A stretch of 15,548 nt of DNA from NCBI GenBank assembly GCA_049423385.1, contig JBMSQQ010000081.1:1-15548 (forward strand), read 5' to 3'. Made by a program: the position numbers and the translations under genes. Within the stretch, counting starts at the first letter, position 1. Every line of letters begins with the position of its first letter. The stretch is from Silvanigrellaceae bacterium. GTDB lineage: Bacteria; Bdellovibrionota_B; Oligoflexia; Silvanigrellales; Silvanigrellaceae. This document shows positions 8,893-15,548 of the stretch, piece by piece. Under the pieces are notes generated by a model, which saw only the letters and a list, made by a program, of their open reading frames with translations, made no database searches and was not told the DNA's origin.

Positions 8893-9543
8893 ATGATGGA
8901 CGCGCTTCCACAATTGAGCAAGGTTGAGAAACTCGGTGAAATCCTTTTTCGCTTGCGGGACTACACGCCAATCCCCCTGATCCTCTGTTCAATCCTGTTC
9001 GCCCAGCCGACGTTGGTTTCGCTTCTTGCCGGTGGTTGCGTTGCGCTCGCAGGTGAGTTTATCCGCACCTATGGCGTCGCTTACATCGGGACCATTTCAC
9101 GAACCCGCAGTTACTCCAACGGCCAGCTCGTTCAGGAAGGTCCGTTCGCATTGTTGCGCAACCCACTTTACTTCGGAAACCTGGTGTTGAGTGTTGGCTT
9201 GTCGCTGATGAGCAATGTGAACTGGTTGCCAATGCTCGTCGTGGTCGTTTTCTATGCTCAATATATTCCTGTGGTGGCTTGGGAAGAGCGCAAGCTCACC
9301 CACATCTTTGGTGCTGCCTATGAGAATTACAAAACCAGCGTGCCAAACCGTTGGTTCCCAAGCTTGTCTAGAATCCGCGCGACAAGTTTGTATGCTGCGC
9401 CGAACTCCTGGGGGCCTGCGTTGCGCAGTGAAAAGCGAACCCTCACATCCGTGGTCAGTTACTTTGTGATCATGTCATTTTTGTATTGGGCACTTTCGGC
9501 CGGCGCTGTTCAATTGCCACTCATAACCCTGATTCAGCGCTGA
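8893..9543 (+). CDS. Isoprenylcysteine carboxylmethyltransferase / PEMT-family membrane methyltransferase
   Basis: Several transmembrane segments; LVQEGPFALLRNPLYFG and EERKL..IFG..YE.YK..VP.RWFP motifs. GAGG SD. Confidence 0.88.
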   Translation: MMDALPQLSKVEKLGEILFRLRDYTPIPLILCSILFAQPTLVSLLAGGCVALAGEFIRTYGVAYIGTISRTRSYSNGQLVQEGPFALLRNPLYFGNLVLSVGLSLMSNVNWLPMLVVVVFYAQYIPVVAWEERKLTHIFGAAYENYKTSVPNRWFPSLSRIRATSLYAAPNSWGPALRSEKRTLTSVVSYFVIMSFLYWALSAGAVQLPLITLIQR

Positions 9544-9667
9544 AAGTGTAAAAAAAAAATACAATCCAGCCTTGAATTGCGTGCGCTTTTCGTCGTTCCC
9601 GACAACTTGTCCCAACCCTGCAAATTTGTCCCGTTCACAGGTTGAGACCCACTCCGAAGACATCTTC

Positions 9668-9918
9668 AGTGGGCTCTGCGGGTGGTATTGCAACACTCCA
9701 GGGACGGAGCAAAACAGCCTCGATGCGCAGGATGCGCACCTGAATCTTGGAAGAAGATTCGGGACCGCCAGGAAGGCCGATTCTCAGGAAGAGAATCAGT
9801 CAGGGGGCGAGTTGATCGGCCGCTTTTTTGCGGAGCCCACTTTGTACTCCGGGTTTGGCACAACCAGCCCGGAGTCCGTTTCAAACATGGCCGGCAGGAT
9901 GCCGGCCATTGTCTTTTC
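9668..9918 (+). ncRNA. Candidate CsrB/RsmZ-like structured sRNA with multiple GGA-loop hairpins
   Basis: 13-bp closing stem 9668-9680/9829-9841 encloses five hairpins with loops AGGGAC, AGGAU, GGAAG, AGGAA and AGGAA. A further hairpin lies at 9846-9875, and a final AGGAU-loop hairpin at 9887-9909 has a U-rich tail. G-U pairs favour the + strand. Ends are approximate. Confidence 0.62.
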
Positions 9919-9919
9919 T
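9887..9919 (+). terminator. Rho-independent terminator-like hairpin
   Basis: ATGGCCGGC-AGGAT-GCCGGCCAT perfect 9-bp GC-rich stem followed by TGTCTTTTCT. Confidence 0.55.
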
Positions 9920-10026
9920 GAATCCATTCATGGGCGACGCGTCTTTGTAAAACCCCGTAATTCCGGATTTTTAGTGAATCCCAAAAATCCTTTCAGAATT
10001 CAGCGGCCGTCGTCGATAAGTCGTTC

Positions 10027-11502
10027 ATGAGACTGGTCGTTTTTCATATTGGCGCAGTTTTATTTCTGTCAGGTTGCAGTCCGAACACTGCACAGAAAAG
10101 CATGTGTGCCAAAGTGGGTTCTGTTCCGGTTGCCGGAGGCAAACTTTCAAACATGCTCGGCAGTGGACAAGTTCCTGCTGCTTGGGGCGGGGTGATCGAC
10201 CTGATTGAAAATGCCCAGACTCCAGACACCTCAGCGAGATACCGGTGCACGATGCACATGGACCTCATCCCGGATCCAGCAGGCCAGGCACCGAATCCCG
10301 ACCGCATCGCATTTTGGACTGCAGAACATTGTTTGAGATGGCTGAACGCGAATTACGTTGAATTGAATGTCTTTGATCCCCTCATGAAAAAGTATGTCCG
10401 CTTTGAAGTGAAGCTCGACGAAGTCGAACGTTTCAAGCAAGGCAAGGAACTTTTCAGGCGACTCAAACCAGATGGGCTCGAACAGTTTGTGAATGCAGCC
10501 CAACGTCCGGCCACGGGAATTGTCGAGCGTTCTGCACCCGTCTGCAAATCCGACACCGCAACTCTGCTTACGCAGTATCCAGGTTCAGAGATTATTTGCA
10601 GTTCCGTTTTGGATCTGGCGAGGCTTGAAGGGACTTTGTCGGATGCATCCAAGGCCAGACCCGAGGTCGTCGAGACGGTTTCGCGCATGCGTGCTGAGCT
10701 TGTCAAAAACGAAGAAAGCGAAATTGCCAAAGCCAAGACTCTTGAACCCTTGATAGGCAGCACGGCTCTCCACAATATGCTTTGGTGGTATGACAATTGG
10801 CGAAAACAGGTTGGGCTCGTCACCAAATGGCGTGGCTACGAGGGACTCACGGATATCATTGAAAGTGTTCGACTGTGCGCAGCAGGCGATTTCAGCGGAA
10901 TCTGCAATCAGGAGTTCCGCGACTATTTTGCAGACAGTTTGAACGAGTACAACAGGTTGGCAACCGCCGGACAAACGTACCGTGAATTTTTGCAGTTCGA
11001 AGTCAACCGGCCCGAGACCAGCACGAGTCACAACCTGCAATGGCTTCTTAATTCACAAAAAAATGTACAAAACAGCCTTGGATTATTGGGCCTCGTTTCG
11101 ATGGGCAGCAACTTTCTTCGCAGAGTTGCGGACCATAAAGCGGAAAACGTGGGCACGACCCTGGGAACGACAGGACCCTTGTTTTATGGCGCGCTGGGTT
11201 TGAAGGATTTCGAGACCGCCGACACGGCACTGATTAGCCAAAGGATGCATTTTTTCGACAAGACAATCTTGTTTCGCTACAGTGCCGGTGATGAAAATCA
11301 CATTTACTATTTGAACCAGCCGGGCGATTCCGGAACTGTTTTTTTAACAGGAATTGTGCCTATCGGCATTGTCAGCACCGTGAATGGAAAAGAAACCTAG
11401 GGCGGAGCATCCGTCACGCCGTTGCCCGAGTACGTCGACGAAGTGGAAGACAAAAACACCAACTCAGCGCAAAAAAAAGCCCCGACACTGGACTGCAAGT
11501 GA
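10027..11502 (+). CDS. Lipoprotein with chymotrypsin-like serine protease signature, interrupted by one in-frame TAG at 11398-11400 (457 aa if terminated, 491 aa if read through)
   Basis: Lipobox VLFLSG-C; PVAGG, YRCTM, FWTAEHC, CSSVLDLARL, QPGDSGT. After the TAG the frame continues GGASVTPLPEYVDEVEDKNTNSAQKKAPTLDCK-TGA(11500-11502), matching the C-terminus of the paralog at 624..2114. Confidence 0.72.
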
Positions 11503-11531
11503 CTGCAGGGTTCGTGTCGGGGGCAACGTGA

Positions 11532-11549
11532 TGCCGAATTGCTTCGGCA
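11532..11549. terminator. Hairpin between convergent lipoprotein genes
   Basis: TGCCGAA-TTGC-TTCGGCA, with a GCAA tetraloop on the minus strand, 5 nt past the stop of the 584-aa gene. No strong U tract. Confidence 0.4.
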
Positions 11550-11554
11550 AAGAC

Positions 11555-13309
11555 TTATTGTTTGTCTGCCTTGAACAAGAACTTCATGCTCTGGCCGCCA
11601 GCTTCAAACCCCTTTTGTGAGTTGCAGGCAGGGTTCTGATCAACAGATTTCTTGATCATGTTGAGTTCGATCAGGATTTCTGTTTCCGAAAGTTTGCTGA
11701 GAGCCATGTCTGTGGACTCTGCAAACTTGCAGTTCACGAATGAATTTCCACCATCCTTGGATGCCACAGGCACACCACGGAAATAGGTTTTTTCATCGTG
11801 CACCGCTGCAGTTGCGTCGCTCGTGTAGGTGAGCAGGTTCATGACAAACTGATTGGTGGAACGTTGCGGTCCATCGGATTTCATCACGAAATCGTTTGGA
11901 TTCTGTGCTCCCCAATTGAGGTGCACGTCGGCGATACATTTGTCGCCATTTTCGCGGTTTTGGTAGTAGTGGTCCGCATAGCACTGCAGTTTTGCAAGTT
12001 CCGACGAACCTGAGTTGCAGCTGTCATTGGTTGCTATACCTTGGTCCGGCTTGAAATTGCCTCCTGATGGCATGCTGTTGAAGGCCGTGCCATCTTCGTT
12101 GAACAAACCACCAATGCCTTTGCAGGTTACGTTTTTGCCTTCATAATCGCCCGTGTTTGTGCACTGCTTGAGTCCGGCAATCCCGCCAAAGTCGGTGCAA
12201 GGTGTTCCGGAGGATGTGTTCCACGTCACCGGGCCCTTGATGTCTGCAACCGTGCCGTCGTCGTACTTGCAACCGGTGTCGCGCGAATTGATACCGATGC
12301 TGTAAACCGGAGCCACAGCTACTGTGCTGTTGCTGTTGTAAGCCTTACCCTTGCACTTCATGACATTGTAGCCGCCCAAAGTACTTGGCTCACAGTTGGG
12401 GCGGGAAAACTTTGCGGTCGCTGCAGACGATTTCCATCCTTGCTCCCAGCCTGGTTCCCATTGAAGGGCTCCATCACCGAGTCCCGATGAAGAGAAGTCG
12501 ATTCCGACTTTTGCTTTTGCATCTTCGTTTCTGAAACCCAATTTTTGTCCACAATTTTCAAATGCTGCTTTGGATTTCCAGATCGCCATGGCATAGGCAT
12601 CCGTATTGTCCGCAACTTTTTTACCGGAAATTCTCTTCAGGAAGATGTTCATGCCATTCGTTGGACCTTCACAGCCTTGTGTTCCAGGTTGGCAGTTCAG
12701 AACGGTGTTGTAACCGGTTGGCAGATTGTCGGCAGCCTTGAGTTTCCAGGTACCCGTGAAGTCGAACCCGCCGCCAGTAAAACCTTTGACCGCCGATTTG
12801 AAGGCCGTGACGTCGGCTTTTGCCTTGCCTGTGGCAGTGTCAACCTTGATGGTGCCCATGCTGGTATTGCCGCTGAAAGCAAGACGCGCATCACTTTTGG
12901 CCGTTCCATCCACACTCTTTTCGGTGGTGTCTTCGAAGACCATGGTTGCAACGGTTTCTGCTCCCTTCAGAATAAAGCAACCGATGGAAACCTGGTTTGC
13001 TTCAATCGACAAAGAGAAGTTTCCGTTGCCATCCACAGTGCCGGTGCCGGCCTTGGGCGGAAACGAGAACGAAACGCAATAGACCTGCAGATCTGCGAGC
13101 GCGACATCACTGGTCGCATTCAAACCATCGAGCGCAAGAGCTGCGGCAGTTGAAGAATTCTCCAATGCCAACTGTCCCGAGATGGTGATTGCTGCACCTT
13201 CAGCAAGTGAACCATCAGAAACGGACGATTTCTTTTTGCCACAACCTGCAACCGCCACAGCAGCAGCCAACAAACCCACAGCGCACATATTCCAACGGGC
13301 TGACTTCAT
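11555..13309 (-). CDS. Large Cys-rich hypothetical lipoprotein, 584 aa
   Basis: AAGGAG SD; GLLAAAVAVAG-C-GKKK lipobox; 16 Cys in the mature chain beyond the lipidated Cys; G/N/T/S-rich. Confidence 0.8.
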   Translation of the reverse strand: MKSARWNMCAVGLLAAAVAVAGCGKKKSSVSDGSLAEGAAITISGQLALENSSTAAALALDGLNATSDVALADLQVYCVSFSFPPKAGTGTVDGNGNFSLSIEANQVSIGCFILKGAETVATMVFEDTTEKSVDGTAKSDARLAFSGNTSMGTIKVDTATGKAKADVTAFKSAVKGFTGGGFDFTGTWKLKAADNLPTGYNTVLNCQPGTQGCEGPTNGMNIFLKRISGKKVADNTDAYAMAIWKSKAAFENCGQKLGFRNEDAKAKVGIDFSSSGLGDGALQWEPGWEQGWKSSAATAKFSRPNCEPSTLGGYNVMKCKGKAYNSNSTVAVAPVYSIGINSRDTGCKYDDGTVADIKGPVTWNTSSGTPCTDFGGIAGLKQCTNTGDYEGKNVTCKGIGGLFNEDGTAFNSMPSGGNFKPDQGIATNDSCNSGSSELAKLQCYADHYYQNRENGDKCIADVHLNWGAQNPNDFVMKSDGPQRSTNQFVMNLLTYTSDATAAVHDEKTYFRGVPVASKDGGNSFVNCKFAESTDMALSKLSETEILIELNMIKKSVDQNPACNSQKGFEAGGQSMKFLFKADKQ

Positions 13310-13463
13310 CGAAGCACTCCTTCACGGAAATGAGAAACCGAACTCAACAAAACACGAAAAAACGGAGCGTCACGCGACGCATCCGACCCCGGAAGTATCC
13401 CGCAATCGGGCAGCTCCTCGAAGATGAATGTCAATTCGGCAACCGGGCTGATTTTAAATCGAC

Positions 13464-13492
13464 AAAAATTGCACCCCGTTTTTCGGGGCAAT
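13464..13492 (-). terminator. Rho-independent terminator downstream of prfB-apt
   Basis: Minus strand ATTG-CCCCG-AAAAA-CGGGG-TG-CAAT followed by TTTT, about 45 nt after the apt stop. Confidence 0.55.
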
Positions 13493-13536
13493 AGAATGTC
13501 CATCAATTCAAAATTGGAATCAGGCTCTTGGCGATT

Positions 13537-14073
13537 TCAGAGCGTCAGCAGCGAATAGACTCCCGCAGTGGGAGCCAACTCCTGCAGAGCCTTGCGGCCA
13601 TTGAGGAAGGAAAGTTCTATAACAAAAGAAAAACCAGCAGTGATGCCGCCATTGGATTGCACCAAGCGTGCCACGGCAGACGCCGTTCCGCCCGTGGCAA
13701 TGACGTCGTCGACAATAAGGTAACGGGATCCGGGCTGGATGGCTGCCTTTTGAATTTCAACGTGGTCGATCCCGTACTCAAGCGTATAGCTTTGCTTGAG
13801 CACTTCGCCAGGCAACTTGCCGGCCTTGCGCGCAGGAATAAAAGGAAGTCCCAATTCGGCGGCGAGGGGGAGTCCAAAAAGAAAGCCACGGCTTTCCATG
13901 CCGATGATGTGCGTCGCTCCGCAATCACCCGCATGTTCTGCCATGTGACGCATGACTCTTTTGAACGACGCCGGATTGGCCAACAAGGGACAAATGTCCT
14001 TGAAGACAATTCCTGGCTTCGGGAAGTCGGGGTAATCTTTCAAAATAGAGAGCAGTTCTTGTTGAATGTTCAT
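13537..14073 (-). CDS. apt: Adenine phosphoribosyltransferase
   Basis: YPDFPKPGIVFKDI, GMESRGFLFG, ARKAGKLP, YTLEYG, and PRPP motif LIVDDVIATGGT. Confidence 0.97.
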   Translation of the reverse strand: MNIQQELLSILKDYPDFPKPGIVFKDICPLLANPASFKRVMRHMAEHAGDCGATHIIGMESRGFLFGLPLAAELGLPFIPARKAGKLPGEVLKQSYTLEYGIDHVEIQKAAIQPGSRYLIVDDVIATGGTASAVARLVQSNGGITAGFSFVIELSFLNGRKALQELAPTAGVYSLLTL

Positions 14074-14096
14074 GTCCGGGTCCTTGGCCTTGAAAA

Positions 14097-15240
14097 TTAA
14101 ATATCGTCGTCGCCGCCACCGCCGCCTTTGCCCTTGAAGCTTCCGGCTGCAGACTGGCGAAGGAATTCGATTGCGAACTCGGAAATTTCGCCATCAAGAA
14201 CCTTCTGCGGGTCGGACGACTGGCAGAGGGTGCGGGTGTCTTTGACCATCTTGTAAGGGTGCAGAACGTAGGATCGGATTTGCGAGCCAAAAGCATTGTC
14301 CATTTTAGAGTCTTCAATGGCGCGGCTTTCGGCAGTGCGTTTGTTGATCTCAATTTCATAGAGCTTGGCTTTGAGCAGCTTCATACACGTTTCACGGTTT
14401 TGAATCTGGCTGCGCTGGCTCTGCGATTGAACAACGATTCCGCTCGGCATGTGTGTCATACGCACTGCAGAGTCGGTTCGGTTGACGTGCTGTCCACCAG
14501 CACCACCGGCTCGGTACGTGTCGACCCGCAGGTCGCTTTCCTTCACCTCAATGTTGATGTCGTCGTCCACAACCGGGCTGACGAACACAGAACAGAACGA
14601 GGTGTGGCGGCGTGCATTGGAATCATAGGGCGAGATTCGCACCAGTCGATGGACGCCGATTTCCGATTTCAAAAGTCCGTAGGCAAAGTCGCCATCGATG
14701 GTGATGGTTGCGTTGCGGATGCCCGCTCCTTCGCCTTCCAGTTCGTCGACGACCTGTGCTTTCCATTTGCGAAGGTCGCAATGGCGAAGGATCATGCGCA
14801 TGACCATCAGCGCCCAGTCGCAAGCCTCTGTACCGCCTGCACCAGCGTTGATTTGCACAATGGCCGAGTTCTTGTCTGTTTCGCCTGAAAGAAGACGTTG
14901 GGTTTCGAGGTCGGTGACTTTGCTGTCGAGTTCATCGAGCGCAGCGTCGGCTTCTTTCTCTGTGGCCTCATCGCCGGCTTCGCCGAATTCAATCAGCACC
15001 AGGGCGTCGTCACCCATGCGTTGAATGGTTGCGACGTTGTTGAAACCGTCCTCAAGGGCTTTCTTCTCTTTCAGAATCTTTGATGACTTGCGCCGGTCGT
15101 TCCAGAAATTTGGATCGCTCTGGCTTTCGGCATCGATTTCCATCATTCGCTTGCGCCTGAGTGGCGTGTCAAAGCGACCTCCGGATGGGCTCGTACTTAT
15201 TCAGAATCTCTTGCAAGCGATTGCGTTGAATTTCGCTCAT
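14097..15240 (-). CDS. prfB: Peptide chain release factor 2, 380 aa, expressed via programmed +1 frameshift: join(15240..15172,15170..14097)
   Basis: GAGGTEACDW, GVHRLVRISPYD, GAGGQHVNRTDSAVR, GSQIRSYVLHPY. An upstream 23-codon frame MSEIQRNRLQEILNKYEPIRRSL-TGA joins the main ORF in +1. GGAG SD precedes ATG 15240. Confidence 0.97.
15168..15182 (-). promoter_or_regulatory. prfB +1 ribosomal frameshift cassette
   Basis: Minus strand GGAGG-TCG-CTT-TGA-C: internal SD, 3-nt spacer, slippery CUU and UGA-C. Confidence 0.96.
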
Positions 15241-15322
15241 GATGGTACTCCAATATCCAACTCTTCAATGTCTCTCTGTTTACGTTTCAGTCTTGTCTAC
15301 TTCAGTGATTCATTCGAACTTA

Positions 15323-15548
15323 CTACCGAACCATAACCGATAGCATCTCTTGGAATTGATGAGGCGAAAGGCCCAAGCCAATTCGAAAGCCCTGCGACAA
15401 AACGCCGTCCGTCATACCAGTTTCCATGAAGGAGGAAAGAGGCAGTAAAAATATCCCTTGTTCCCGTAGCTTGAGAAATGTCTTTGTACTCTCGGATGCA
15501 TCAACCGGAGTAATACATGAGACCAATCCACCCAGGGGAGGCATACCC
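15323..15548 (-). CDS. C-terminal fragment of a probable class I/II PLP-dependent aminotransferase, 5'-partial
   Basis: The frame is open to the window edge. P.GG...LREQGIFLLPLSSF...FRIGLG resembles the fold-type-I small domain with its substrate-binding Arg. Ends with tandem TAG TAA. Confidence 0.6.
   Translation of the reverse strand, partial: GMPPLGGLVSCITPVDASESTKTFLKLREQGIFLLPLSSFMETGMTDGVLSQGFRIGLGLSPHQFQEMLSVMVR

Noticed and set aside
9760..9800. SRP (4.5S) RNA, suggested by CAGG and GGAA
   Set aside because: The domain IV arrangement CAGG-stem-GGAA-stem-AGCA is absent.
9856..9870. Sigma54 promoter at TGGCAC
   Set aside because: No TTGC at the -12 position, and the sequence lies within hairpin 9846-9875.
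9696..9909. CRISPR array or REP-type repeats
   Set aside because: Only the loops recur. Stems differ, spacing is irregular and there are no cas genes in the window.
9572..10030. ORFs 9572..10030(+), 9682..9921(+) and 9666..9884(-) across the intergenic region
   Set aside because: No SD or recognisable protein features. The dense hairpin structure explains the region better, although a small peptide cannot be excluded.
11398..11400. Genome-wide TAG reassignment or pyrrolysine
   Set aside because: No other gene in the window contains an in-frame TAG, the aligned residue is Ser (one base from TCG), and no pyl genes are visible.
11555..13309. Multiheme cytochrome, given the high Cys content
   Set aside because: No CxxCH motifs in this or the other lipoproteins.
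12545..14888. Plus-strand ORFs 12545..13153, 13528..14100 and 14259..14888
   Set aside because: Antisense shadows of the 584-aa lipoprotein, apt and prfB.

Overview
Bacterial chromosomal window of moderate GC with no mobile element, CRISPR array, tRNA or rRNA. Recognisable genes are a partial CCG-domain Fe-S oxidoreductase, folE, yhbY, an isoaspartyl peptidase/asparaginase, an RdgC-like gene, an ICMT/PEMT-family methyltransferase, apt, prfB with its canonical +1 frameshift, and a partial PLP aminotransferase. Interspersed are six Cys-rich predicted lipoproteins and a putative outer-membrane beta-barrel. This lipoprotein-rich layout suggests a Bdellovibrionota/Oligoflexia-like organism (inference only). 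Main discoveries: (1) an unannotated ~250-nt structured intergenic element at 9668-9918 with six hairpins bearing GGA loops, resembling a CsrB/RsmZ-type CsrA-sponge sRNA; (2) two paralogous lipoproteins carrying a chymotrypsin-like His/Asp/Ser triad split by large insertions; (3) a single in-frame TAG in one of them at a position that is Ser in the paralog, with homology continuing past the stop; (4) an operon of a beta-barrel plus three lipoproteins, two of which look like distant paralogs.
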